Origin: Octopus sinensis
Taxonomy: Eukaryota
NCBI RefSeq assembly: GCF_006345805.1
Contig: NC_043010.1
Coordinates: 11,284,001 to 11,348,000 of the forward strand
Reading direction: 5' to 3'
DNA length: 64,000 bases
Position 1 is the first letter of the stretch, and every line of letters starts with the position of its first letter. Position numbers and translations under genes: made by a program. Under the pieces are notes generated by a model. It had not been told where the DNA came from, searched no databases, and saw only the letters and a list, made by a program, of their open reading frames with translations. Of this stretch, positions 26,843-39,104 are shown in pieces.

Positions 26843-27072
26843 CGGCGAGCTGGCAGGAACGTTAGTGCACCGGGAAAAATGCTTAGCGGTATTTCGTCTG
26901 TCATTACTTTCTGAGTTCAAAATTCCGCCGAGGTCGACTTTGCCTTTCATCCTTTCGGGGTCGATAAATAAAGTACCAGTTTCGCACTGGGGTCGATGTA
27001 ATCGACTTAATCCCTTTGTCTGTCCTTGTTTGTCCCCTCTATGTTTAGCCCCTTGTGGGTAGTAAAGAAATA
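26843..27072 (+). mobile_element. SINE B, full length, 18-bp TSD
   Basis: GGCGAGCTGGCAG...GAGTTCAAA...CCTTTCATCCTTTCGGGGTCGATAAA...GTAAAGAAATA; TATATTTGCTCTACATAG at 26812 and 27073. Confidence 0.9.
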
Positions 27073-27614
27073 TATATTTGCTCTACATAGACATATTATA
27101 CCTTTTTAGAATCAGGATGATCCTAGGATTGAAAATCTGCCCTTCATTTGGTTCTTGAACATTCAGCATTGGGATCTGGTTTAAAAGCATTTGGGTTGCT
27201 ATTTGTAACAGGAAAAGCTTGACTAATTCATACCATCCTGGTTGATGTTTGTCAGATGACTTCAAACATCAAGAAGGAGATAAATGACATTTACTTTGTT
27301 CATTTTACGTTGAGACAAGAATTTTTGGACAAATTGGCCAATACTTGGAATTCAACTTGGGATTGGAACAATAGAACGATTGCATTACAAAATTAATTCC
27401 CATCCATCTTTAACCTTTGATCAAACACTACTGGGGCATATAGTCATTAAAGATGTATTATAGTCATGCTATTTAACTTGCTTTAGTTTTGGGTTTCAGG
27501 CTCAATTAGACCTCCACAGGAGCTAGCTTAAAATTCCACACAGGTTGACTGTTTTAAGCTAGTAGTATATATATGACATCTTGACATGACATCTCATTGA
27601 TGATGATGATGATG

Positions 27615-27663
<49 letters not shown>

Positions 27664-27716
27664 GGCATGTATGTATATATATATACATATGTATGTATGT
27701 GTATATATATATATAT

Positions 27717-27717
<1 letters not shown>

Positions 27718-27751
<34 letters not shown>

Positions 27752-27878
27752 TTAGCGTCCGTTTTCCATGCTAGCATGGGTTGGACAGTTTAACTGGGGT
27801 CTGTGAAGCCGGAAGGCTTCATCAGGCCCAGTCAGATTTGGCAGTGTTTCTACGGCTGGATGCCCTTCCTAACGCCAA
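27718..27878 (-). mobile_element. Family C retroposon 3' end
   Basis: Same (CAT)n-linked sequence as 4891, extending to GCCCTTCCTAACGCCAA. Confidence 0.85.
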
Positions 27879-29425
27879 ATGTATATAACATTTGCATATA
27901 GTTGGATGTTAAGCATTCACCGTAGCACTGCTTTTAGTGTTGTACACTGTTATCCAAGTTTGACTTACTAGTCTGAGCATATATAATGTAAGGAGCTTTA
28001 ATAAGCTTTGTAGAAAAATCAATAACTATTATCATTTTAATTAATAACGGAGACAACATACATTAACATACAACTAAGGGAGACAACATGCATTAAGTTT
28101 TATCATGACCTCATTAGGAAATTTTATACTTTACCATATTACCCCAAATAGCAATGAGAGAATCACTAAGGAAATCTACACTAGGTGTGGTAGAAAAATA
28201 TAATTATTTAGAGAGTAAATAATACAGTGTCAAAATCAGTGAGAGCATAATACAAAACATAAAACAGTGTCCATTCAATGATTATCTTACTCTGCATCAA
28301 ATTGGCCATATGTAATAATCACTGTATTAATCTTAATTATGTTACCATAGAACTAATTATTGAAGAATATGAGAAACATTATATTAGATTGTCTTGAGTT
28401 TGTTTCTTATCATAAAAGGTAAATATTCCTTCAAGCGAATAGGAAAATAACCCATGATTAATAAGTTTGTTTGTTATGAAGTAATGTCTCATACACACAC
28501 ATACATGTACATGTATGTATATGTATATATATATATATATATATATGATATAAAATAGAGATGTATGTGTATATTAGCTTTCCATGTGGAAATGGCTTCA
28601 CCAATTGATTCCATACCTGTGTTGCATGAATAATTTGACCTTGGACACATGTTAGGCTCTTCATTTGATTTTCTTTTTTAAATAAAAAAATATTGTTTTT
28701 TTATATTAGATTCACATCTTTGAAAGTTTTAAAAAATATTTACTTCCGGGTTTTCTAGTGTCAGTGATGTAACAACTACATGTACGTACACAATGCGCCA
28801 TTAAATATTTATATTTTAACTGCTTCACATTGGTGCTTCTTTTTTTGTTTTCTTTTGGCTCCTGGGGAAAATACCTGAATGTTACAGCTTCTTATATATT
28901 TCTTTCTTGAAAATCTTATTCTTAACCTTCCTTATAGAAACATTTTATGCATGCATGTGTGTGTGTGTATGTGTGTGTGTGTGTGTGTGAGTGTGTGTGT
29001 TCATATTGTAAATAAAGGAACGTTTAAATTTTTTGGAACTGTGTTTAGTATGTTTCTTCAAAAGATTTCTGTTACTAAATCAAATGTAAAAGAAACAACT
29101 TAAGTGTTCCACAATAATTTTTAGACCTGATATTAATTTCGGCTTTAGTACAGTAAACATGGGACATATTGCACTCAAACACAAATCCATCTATTTATCT
29201 CTCTATATTAATATATCAATATATCTCTATCTACATCTCTCTATCTATATTTCTCTATCTATATCTCTCTATCTATTTCTATCTACCTATCTCTATCTTT
29301 CTCTCTTTTTCTCTCTCTCTTAGACCCAATATTAATTTTGGCTTTAGTACAGTAAACACCAAGTTACTACTGGTTTATAAACATGGGACATATAACACAC
29401 AAATCCATCCATCTATCTATCTATC

Positions 29426-29463
<38 letters not shown>

Positions 29464-29570
29464 ATATATTTCTCTATCCAGCTCTCTATATCTATCTCTC
29501 TGTATCTAGCTATCTAAATCTTATCTATATCTAATTTGTCTGTCTAACTAGCTAGCTCTCTCTCTCTCTT

Positions 29571-29633
<63 letters not shown>

Positions 29634-29639
29634 TTCTCT

Positions 29640-30430
29640 CTCCCTCTCTATATATCTCACTCACTCTCTATTGTTTTCACTTTCACTTTTCAGATGTTAT
29701 TGTTTTAACTTTAAATTTCCAGACGCCATTGTTTCACTTTAAGTTCAATCTCTATTGTTTTTATTGTAAGTTTTCAATAGCTATTTACAAACAACAACAA
29801 ATTACTGACAGAAAGAAGTTCACAATTACTGATGTAAGTAATTTCATAATTTACTGACAGAAGTAACTTCATAAATTTTACTTCAATCTGTACACTTCAT
29901 TAAATTTGCCTACAAATTTCTTATTTATTTTTGCAACAGTTTTGTGTATTTTTGTTGTTAACGGAATTACTAATTAGTTCATAATTTACTGACAGAAGTA
30001 ACTTCAAAAATTTCCCTCAAATCCGTACACTTAGTTAATTTTCCTAAAAATTTCTTATTTACTTTTGCAATGGTTTTTGTGTTTTTCTGTTGTGGACGGT
30101 TTTTTTTTTTTTTGGTTCCTTCGGTACTGGTTCTTTGCTTCACTGAGTGACAAATTTCACTTTAACCCATACAATTCTTTATTTTCTGTAAAAATGTCTT
30201 AAGTACTTTCTGCCTGTCATATTAAGAAACATAATTTTCATTTCCAAGTTAGAAAATTTTCTTTTAACATTTCACTTAACGTCTATGTTCCATGCTGGCA
30301 TGAGTTGGAGAATTATTAATGTAGAAAGATGGTGTCTCAGCTACTAGCAGTTGTGACCTGCATAATCTAGATGGTGTTTTTGAATTTCATTATTTTCTTT
30401 CACCCAGGAAATGCCGGGCATTTCTGCTAG
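29640..30430 (+). mobile_element. Probable Helitron (family H3) with an internal 135-bp tandem repeat; 5' end uncertain
   Basis: Perfect hairpin GAAATGCC-G-GGCATTTC then TGCTAG|T at 30408-30431; repeat units start at 29844 and 29979. Confidence 0.5.
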
Positions 30431-30691
30431 TCTGAAAGAAAGCACCCTAAAAAAATCTTTGAGTTGTAATATTTTATGTTATTGGTTATGGCTAGTCAGA
30501 AACTGGACAGAAAAACTAGAAAGCTGTTGACAATGTATGGAGCCCATCATCTAAAAGCTAATATCAACTAGTTGTACATGAATTGAGACCTGGGGGAAGC
30601 TTAATTGCTGTGGTAGAGTGTGTACAGATGGAAAGAAAAAGCCTACTAGAATATTTACAAGACAACACAGAGGTTTACAAAACAACACATA

Positions 30692-31096
30692 GGTGCAGGA
30701 GTGGCTGTGTGGTAAGTAGCTTGCTTACCAACCACATGGCTCCGGGTTCAGTCCCACTCTGTGGCACCTTGGGCAAGTGTCTTCCACTATAGCCTCGGGC
30801 TGACCAATGCCTTGTGAGTGGATTTGGTAGACGGAAACTTAAAAAGCCCATCGTATATATGTATATATATATATGTGTGTGTGTTTGTGTGTCTGTGTTT
30901 GTCCCCCTAGCATTGCTTGACAACCGATGCTGGTGTGTTTATGCCCCCGTCACTTAGCGGTTCGGCAAAAGAGACCGATAGAATAAGTACTGGGCTTACA
31001 AAGAATAAGTCCCGGTGTCGATTTGCTCGACTAAAGGCAGTGCTCCAGCATGGCCGCAGTCAAATGATTGAAACAAGTAAAAGAGTAAAAGAGAGA
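30692..31096 (+). mobile_element. SINE A, full length, inside the LINE relic
   Basis: Near-identical to 5836 and 59880. Confidence 0.93.
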
Positions 31097-31722
31097 AATT
31101 ACTAAAGATACTGAATAAGGAGCAGGTGATTAAGTGTGGAATAGGAAAAAAGGACAAGGATGAAATTCAAAGAGAGCATGTTAAAGAGACTGAAGAGAAA
31201 CCTTTGCATGGTCAGTTTTGGAATGCCATTGATGAGGTATGTGAAATAAGACCCTAGGCGTGCCTCAAAAAAGGGCAATTAAAAAAAGAAACAGAGAGCC
31301 TAATTATAACAGCTCCAGAACAAATGATGAAAACAGGCAACTTGAGAAAATATGCGTATTGGGAAAAGGTGTCTGAAAGATGTAGAGTCAGTGGAACTTG
31401 AAATGAGACATTGTTGCAGGATGTCCCAAGTTTGCACATGGAGAATATAAAAAGTGGAGGCATGTTCAAGTTGTGAAAGTTTTTACCATGGAAGCTTTGT
31501 CAGAATTGGAGATTTGAAGCCAGAGGTATATGGTATTATCATCAGGTTGAATGCTGAAGTCAGAGAAATGCAAAATTTTGTGGGATTATCCTATTCAGAG
31601 ATAAGGAACTAGAAAAGAGACCAGACATAATAATAGGGGACAACGAAAAGAGAAGTGGCTTACTAACTGGTTCATCATGCCCGTTTGATTCCAGGATTGT
31701 AGAGAAATAGGATAAAAAACAA

Positions 31723-32175
31723 TATATATATATATATATACACACAAATATGAGAGAGAATCCACTATGTGGACGCTCTTACGCTAAAGATAGATCCGCA
31801 AGGGTCTCAACCACTAAGAATTGTTCTCAAGAAAAAATTTAGCACACTATGAATGTAAGCGAGCAGGACAAATGAAAAATAACAAAAATATAGATTAACC
31901 CCATATTTTTGTTATTTTTAATTTGTCCTGCTCGCTTACGTTCATAGTGCGCTAAATTTTTTCTTGAGAACAATTCTTAGTGGTTGAGACCCTTGCGGAT
32001 CTATCTTTAACATTAGAGCGTCCACATAGTGGATTCTCTCTCATATTTGTGTATTAATAATATTTACTGAATCTCAGTCTTTTATGCGCTAGGCCACTGG
32101 TGTTTAAATTGATGTTATTAAATTAATATCAAATTTTTCACCCTCATTTTGATTTTATATATATATATATATATA
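31723..32175. mobile_element. (TA)n-bounded element with a 150-bp-arm fold-back
   Basis: Arms 31742-31891 and 31903-32052, 11-nt loop, about 6 mismatches; the right arm continues about 120 bp to (TA)n. Confidence 0.85.
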
Positions 32176-33000
32176 AAATCCCTAAAAATTTGAAATTGCA
32201 AGAATTTGGAGTATGAAAACTGTAAAAGTTATGCCTGTAATAATTGGTGCATTGGGAAGTGTAAGTAAAGCTATAGACAAATAGTTGGAGGAGATTGGAA
32301 TAGAATGTCCTGTAGAGCTTCTCCAGAAAGTTTGCCTCTTAAGGACAGGAACGATTATGAGGAAGGTTTTAAGCACTTGAAAGACTACTGAAATCTTGTG
32401 GATACCTAAGATTGCTGGTAGTAACCCACTGCCAATATGAAATCTACCAGGAATAAGAATGAACCTGGGTGAAATCATCAATAATGATAATAATCCTTCC
32501 TACTGTAAGCACAAGGCCTGAAATTTGTGGGAGGGGATAATTCAATTCCATTGACCCCAGTACTCAACTGGTACTTACTTTATCAACCCCCACCCCACCC
32601 CCCAAAAAATGAAAGGCGATAATAATAATTTAAGTTCATGGCCAGGAATTTTCAAGGCAGGAGGTTAGTTCTGCAAGTCATTTCTTCCGATACTCTATTC
32701 ATTCGAGGGGGACGGACGGCGGGGGCAGAGTGGCAGCAGGAGCAGTAGTAGTAGCAGTAACAGCAAATGACCTGCCAACATTTTGCACACAATATCAGAC
32801 TTCACATAATTCATTATGTTTTAACTAATTTTAAATTTTATCTCCAGAGTTGCAAGAATATTTCAAGCTCATCAGAGTTCTTAATTAATACCAAAAATTC
32901 CTCTGAGCTTTGATGTATCTGATTGAGGTGGGTATATAAAGCTCCTAAGGAATATTTGGCATTTGACTGTGACCCCTTTATTGTTAACTTCTTCAGTCAT

Positions 33001-33383
33001 ACTCTTTACTCTTTTACTCTTTTACTTGTTTCAGTCATTTGACTGCGGCCATGCTGGACTTATTCTTTTTGTAAGCCCAGTACTTATTCTATCGGTCTCT
33101 TTTTGCCGAACCGCTAAGTTACGGGGATGTAAACACACTAGCATCGGTTGTCAAGCAATGCCAGGGGAACAAACACAGACACACAAACACACACACGCAT
33201 ATATATATATACATATATACGACAGGCTTCTTTCAGTTTCCGTCTATCAAATCCACTCACAAGGCATTGGTCAGCCCAAGGCTATAGCAGAAGACACTTG
33301 CCCAAGATGCCACGCAGTGGGACTGAACCCGGAACCATGTGGCTGGTTAGCAAGCTACTTACCACACAGCCACTACTGCGTCA
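33001..33383 (-). mobile_element. SINE A with a ~40-bp internal deletion
   Basis: GCTGGA joins directly to CTTATTC, removing the GCACCGCC...CGGGA segment. Confidence 0.9.
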
Positions 33384-33411
33384 TGTTAATATTCTATATA
33401 CATATGTGTGA

Positions 33412-33774
33412 GGAAGCACCCCGTTGGTTACGACGATGAGGGTTCCGGTTGATCCGAATCAACAGAACAGCCTGCTCGTGAAATTAACGTGTAAGTGGCT
33501 GAGCACTCCACGTAGTTCTCGGGGATATTCAGTGTGACACAGAGAGTGACAAGGCCGGCCCTTTGAAACACAGGTACAACAGAAACAGGAAGTAAGAGTG
33601 AGAGAAAGTTGTGGTGAAAGAGTACAGCAGGGATCGCCACCACCCCTTGCCGGAGCCTTGTGGAGCTTTAGGTGTTTTCGCTCAATAAACACTCACAACG
33701 CCCGGTCTGGGAATCGAAACCACGGTCCTACGACTGCGAGTCCGCTGCCCTAACCACTGGGCCATTGCACCTCC
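33412..33774 (-). mobile_element. SINE D, full length, tRNA-Arg(UCG)-like head
   Basis: Minus strand GGAGGTGCAATGGCCCAGTGGTTAGGGCAGCGGACTCGCAGTCG...GGTTTCGATTCCC has A and B boxes and TCG at the anticodon position. Confidence 0.85.
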
Positions 33775-33787
33775 ACATATACATATA

Positions 33788-33896
<109 letters not shown>

Positions 33897-34075
33897 CTGC
33901 TGCTGCTGCTGCTGTGCTAAGCAATATATCACCCCCAGCACCACTTAAGGGACTCCTTCAGATCTAAATAGCTACCTGTGGTTTGATAAATGTTCCATAT
34001 GCATCACAACAGCTAGATGTCTGTTACTGTTTCTTCAGACAGATTAAATATAATGTATGAATAAGCAACCCTATC

Positions 34076-34116
<41 letters not shown>

Positions 34117-35662
34117 TCTGCATCTCTTCTTCTTTCTCTGAATGCATAATATTAAATGCACAACACTGCGCAATTCTTTGTGTTAAGACATGGCATTTTA
34201 TCATTATAGAGGATTTACTGGAATCTAAATGGAAAATTACCAAACTGTGCAAAATTTGATTCCTCTGTCTTTCTCCAGAAGAAATTTCTGTAGGTTATAG
34301 ATTTACTTCTGTTTCATTGATCTGATAATAAAACACAAAATATGTTATGGCGGTCTCAATCATTAATGGCAATCTATAGCATAATCTGCACACACAGTTA
34401 AGTCAGTCTGTAGACTGTCATGGCAGAATTCAGTAAATCTCTTCAGATAGTAATGATAGTCTACAATAAATCTTTCCCTCTCTGCCATTCACTCCTACTC
34501 GTTCCTTCCCTCTCTCTCTCCCTCCCACTCTATATCTCAAAAATGGACTTCCATTGTTAGTGATCAACATTGGAAATCTTACATTGTAAGTAATTACTTA
34601 AAATACGTTATTATTGCCATTATTAAAGCATTTGACTTACCAGTTTCCAAAGTTATCAGATTTGAAAGACATTATAGAACAATGTTCTTTTCTTTATATT
34701 CACTTGACTATAAATTAAAACTAAAATTTCATTAACTTTTTGAACTGTGGAATTTCTCCAAATGACATTAATCAACAAATTAATGTGTTAATATTTGAAT
34801 GAAATTTAACGACTTTAGAGAAACACAGTGCCGCAGAATTAAGTGGAATGGAAATAATAATTTCAGATCTTGAACAGTTAAAAAGACATTACTTTACAAT
34901 AATCAAGAAAATACCTAGAGGTGGCATTCGGGATATGAAAGCCTACGGCTGTCATTTGAATTGTAAAAACAATTAATATTGAGTACTAATGTACTTAATG
35001 TATTGTGCCCTGAAATTTTAATTATCAATTGAGTCTTGTTCATAGACACAAAACAAGAAGTTTGGCAATAGAGGAGTTGGTCAATTCAGTTAACCTTAGA
35101 ACTCGACTGGTAGTTTTACTTTAATGACCTTCCGGGAGGATGAAAGGCAAAGGTGGCCGCAGCAGAATTTGAACAAATGTAACAAAGTGCTTTGTTTCAA
35201 GAATTACTAATTCTGGTAATCCACTCTCCTTTAACTGAGCGATAATAAACCAAAATTTGAAAAAGTCAATCATTATCTTAATGGTCAACAAATTCTGGTC
35301 AACAAATACAAGGCATTACTACTAGTTCACGGCCTTCACCTACTTAATAATGAGTAAACTATTTTACTAAATTCTTCCTTATTTAAAAATTAGTTGAAAC
35401 AAATCAGTACATGTCAACAGAATTATGGTAACAGAATTATGATAATCTCTGCAAAAGATTAAGATTATCACCCAAGGACTAGAACAGTTCCATGAACAAG
35501 TCTCACCAACATTATTCAGCTCAAAGCCAGAGAGCAAGCAACACAGTGGAATTGATTGAGTTCAAAGCCATAGAGAAGTGGTTCCCAATCATTTTTTACG
35601 TATGCATCCCTTTGATCCCTATTCTACTCTGGTGGACCCCTCAATGGCCATTTTATGTTTAA

Positions 35663-35849
35663 CACTTATTTATCCATGTTATTTTGAATTAATCATGCAT
35701 TATCTCATAGCTTCAAGATTTTGATGATGTGATGGTTTATGTCTAGAGTGACATTGTAGGGCAAGTGTGATAGGCCAGATCTGACCAGTTTGAGCATAAA
35801 AACGGATTAAATATTTGGGCCAGATATGGCCTGTTTGAATGCTAAAGGG
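35663..35849. mobile_element. piggyBac-type MITE F, degraded
   Basis: Homologous to 51591-51811; ends GCTAAAGGG|TTAA. Confidence 0.75.
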
Positions 35850-35906
35850 TTAAAAGAGTACTCTTATATTTTTATAGCTAAATATCATTAAAATATTTTG
35901 TTTATT

Positions 35907-36270
35907 CATCATCATCATCATCATCTTCATCATCATTTAACGTCCACTTTCTATGCTAGCATGGGTTGGACGATTTGACTGAGGACTGGCGAACCAGATG
36001 GCTGCACTAGGCTCCAATCTCGAACTGGCAGAGTTTCTACAGCTGGATGCCCTTCCCAATGCCAACCACTCCGAGAGTGTAGTGTGTGCTTTTGTATTCC
36101 ACCAGCACAAGGGCCATCAAGCAGTACTGGCAACGGCCACACTCAATGTGCTTTTTATGTGTCACCTGCACAAGAGTCAGTCCAGCGGCACTGGCAACGA
36201 CCTCGCTCGAATGTTTTGTTCACATACCAGTGAGGCAATGCTGGTAACGATCACACCCAGTGTCGCCTTA
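35907..36270 (-). mobile_element. Family C retroposon
   Basis: (CAT)n-TTTAACGTCC...GCCAACCACTCCGAGAGTG followed by internal repeats. Confidence 0.85.
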
Positions 36271-36321
36271 GAAACATAGTAATTTTATTGCACATAAATT
36301 TCAACAGCAAAATCTGATATA

Positions 36322-36540
36322 TATTTCTTTACTACCCACAAGGGGCTAAACGTAGAGAGGACAAACAAAGGGATTAAGTCAATTACATCGACCCCAGTAC
36401 GCAACTGGTAATTTATTTATCGACCCCGAAAGGATGAAAGGCAAAGTCGACCTCGGCGTAATTTGAACTCAGAATGTAACGACAGACGAAATACCACTAA
36501 GCGTTTCGCCCGGCGCGCTAACGTTTCTGCCAGCTCGCCG
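36322..36540 (-). mobile_element. SINE B, full length, ~14-bp TSD
   Basis: Reverse complement of 26843; CAAAATCTGATATA on both flanks. Confidence 0.9.
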
Positions 36541-36992
36541 CAAAATCTGATATAGACCCCCACAAGGGCCAAATGGTCCCCAGTTGAGAACCACTGTCAT
36601 AGAGTTACAAAGTGAACCAAACCAAACCAAACCAAACAGCTCTGCCAACTGTTGTTGTTATTGAGATAAACATAATAATAAAGTAATAAAGTGGTCATAG
36701 ATTATATAAGATCAGAGCAATGATCAGTCAAATCAGATATCGGCATAGAGGTCAGCGAGATCACAGAGCTGGCGTGTGAACTCAAAGGCAGACAAACAGA
36801 ATATAACTATAACGTAGTGACTTCAAAAATGATAAATTAACATGCCAGCAGTTAGATCAGATATTCAATCACCATGATCAAGGTAAATGGTGATATTAAC
36901 GTTGGTGTCAGTGGACCGTTTGCTGTCAATGCGGCATTGGCTTGCGTAGGATTTCTTCTGACACTCTCTGTGTGTGATCTGAGTTCAAATCT

Positions 36993-37340
36993 TGCTCTTT
37001 ACTCTTTTTTCTCTTTTTACTCTTTTTACTTGTTTCAGTCATTTGACTGCGGCCATGCTGGAGCACCGCCTTTAGTCGAGCAAATCGACCCCGGGATTTA
37101 TTCTTTTGTAAGCCCAGTACTTATTCTATCGGTCTCTTTTGCCGAACCGCTAAGTGACGGGGACGTAAACACACCAGCATCGGTTGTCAAGCAATGCTAG
37201 GGGGACAAACACAGACACACAAACATACACACACACACATATATATATACATACATATATACGATGGGCTTCTTTCAGTTTCCGTCTACCAAATCCACTC
37301 ACAAGGCTTTGGTTGGCCCGAGGCTATAGTAGAAGACACT
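36993..37340 (-). mobile_element. SINE A, 5'-truncated
   Basis: Matches from the tail to GGCTATAGTAGAAGACACT; no tRNA head. Confidence 0.9.
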
Positions 37341-37624
37341 CTGCTCTGCTCAATTTTTGTTTAGGTTTGTCTTTCATCTACCTCAAAAGTTAATAAAGCA
37401 CCAGCCCAAGTTAATAAAGTTAATAAAGCTCCACTCAAGACCAAGGCTGGTTCTTGCCCTCCTCTCCTCTTCCTCCTCCACTTCAGCCACAACAACCACC
37501 ACCACCACTTCCACCTTCTCTGCCTCCTCCACCTCCTCACCACAACTACCACCACAATCACCACCTTCTCCTCCACTTCCTCCCTCTCCACATCTTCATC
37601 ATCATCAACCCCCCTCCTCCTCCT

Positions 37625-37655
<31 letters not shown>

Positions 37656-38123
37656 AGCAATAGTAATCCTCATCTCCTCCTCCTTCTCCCTCCTTAGGTG
37701 TTTTGCTCATAAACACACCACATCACCCGATTTGAGATTCGAACCCGTGATCCCTCAGACTGCAAGTCCGCTGCTCTAACCACTAGATCATGTTCCTCCA
37801 CGATAGAATAAGTACCAAACTAAAAAAAGAAAAAAAAAAACAAAAAAGACAAAAACAAGTACTGAGGTCGATGAGTTTGACTAAAATCTTTCAAGGTGGT
37901 TCTTCAGCTTGAAGGTGGCTTAGTGGTTAAGGTGCTGAACTCATAATTGTGGTTTGGTTCTTGGACCAAATGATATGTTGTGTTGTTGAATAGAACACTT
38001 CATTTCATGTTTCTCCAGTCCACTCAGCTTGAAAAAATGAGTATTCCTGTGACAGACTGGCTTTCCATCCAGGTGAGGAATATATACACTATGGAACCAG
38101 AAAATTGGCCCTTCATCATCATC

Positions 38124-38500
38124 ATCATCATCGTTTAACGTCCGTTCTCCATGCTAGCATGGGTTGGATGGTTCGACCGGGGATCTGGAAGCCAGAAGGT
38201 GCACCAGGCTCCGGTCTTATCTGGCAATGTTTCTACAGCTGGTGCCCTTCCTAACGCCAACCACTCCGTGAGTGTAGTGGGTGCTTTTTACGTGCCACCT
38301 GCACAGGTGCCAGGCGAGGCTGGCATGGCCACGGTCGGATTGGTGCATTTTACGGCCACTGGCACAGAAGCCAGTCGAGGCGGCACTGGCTTCGGCCATG
38401 ATTCGGATGGTGCTTTTTACATGCCACCGACACGGAAGCCAGTCGAGGCAGCACTGGCTTCGGCCACGATTCGGATGGTGCTTTTTACATGCCACCGACA
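38124..38500 (-). mobile_element. Family C retroposon with ~57-bp internal tandem units
   Basis: GAAGCCAGTCGAGGC...TTCGGCCA.GATTCGGATGGTGCTTTTTACATGCCACCG occurs twice; near-identical in inverted orientation to 62236. Confidence 0.88.
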
Positions 38501-38712
38501 TGTAAGCCCTTATGAGTGAATATTACTTGAGAGGGTAATTTTATTCTACCAAGCTTGAGAAGGTAACTTTAACTTTACTTTACCCAGCTTGGCTACATTT
38601 CAATGACTGAGCCAAGTAAAAGTTATAAATGATAATATTGGTTACTATAGAGATACTCCTGGGGCAACACACTATGTACTTAGACGCATTGTTCTGTTAC
38701 TTCAATGTGTAA

Positions 38713-39104
38713 TCTTTATATATAAAAGTCAAGTTGTGTGTCTGTCTCCTACGATTTAGATTCCTAACTACTCCCACATTTTGCGGTGCAGTTAACCAAA
38801 ACCGGGTATCTTATCGTCGTGATTCATATCGACCCTTCGGGTATTAGCGTGCATCTACGATGAGTCTACTATTTAAAAAAAAATTTACCATCATTTTTTC
38901 CATTTTGATGCATTTTTTCGCTATTATATAAGGGAAGTAACTCTCTAAAAATGTCTACGATGAGTCAACGATTAAAAAAAAATTTACCATAATTTTTTTC
39001 CATTTTTAATGCATTTTTTGGCTATTTTTTGGCTATAACTCTCTAAAAATGCTTATATAGTTATTTCCCTTACAAACCCAAGCAACGCCGGGCAATACTG
39101 CTAG
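38713..39104 (+). mobile_element. Non-autonomous Helitron, family H1
   Basis: A|TCTTTATATATAAAAG start; GCAACGCCGGGCAATACTGCTAG|T end. Confidence 0.9.

Larger units (their letters stand above)
30435..32480 (+). mobile_element. 5'-truncated R4/Dong-like (RLE) LINE relic carrying two nested inserts
   Basis: LDRKTRKLLTMYGAHHLKANIN*LYM..GG.LIAVVECV; KPLHGQF; KKETESLII; PVIIGALG...LQKVCLL.T..IMRKVL*; ends in AAT-like repeats. Confidence 0.8.
35576..36596. mobile_element. hAT-type MITE inflated by three nested insertions
   Basis: Ends AAGTGGTTCCCAA / TTGAGAACCACTG; 8-bp TSD CCATAGAG (35568) / TCATAGAG (36597). Confidence 0.7.

Noticed and set aside
27083-27265. 60-aa minus-strand ORF with an AAG|GTAT donor-like end, sharing EGQIF with the 8.4 kb ORF
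   Set aside because: A five-residue match is consistent with chance, and no family was recognised.
33700-33774. tRNA-Arg-like sequence as a real tRNA gene
   Set aside because: It continues directly into a ~290-bp SINE body, so it is a SINE head.
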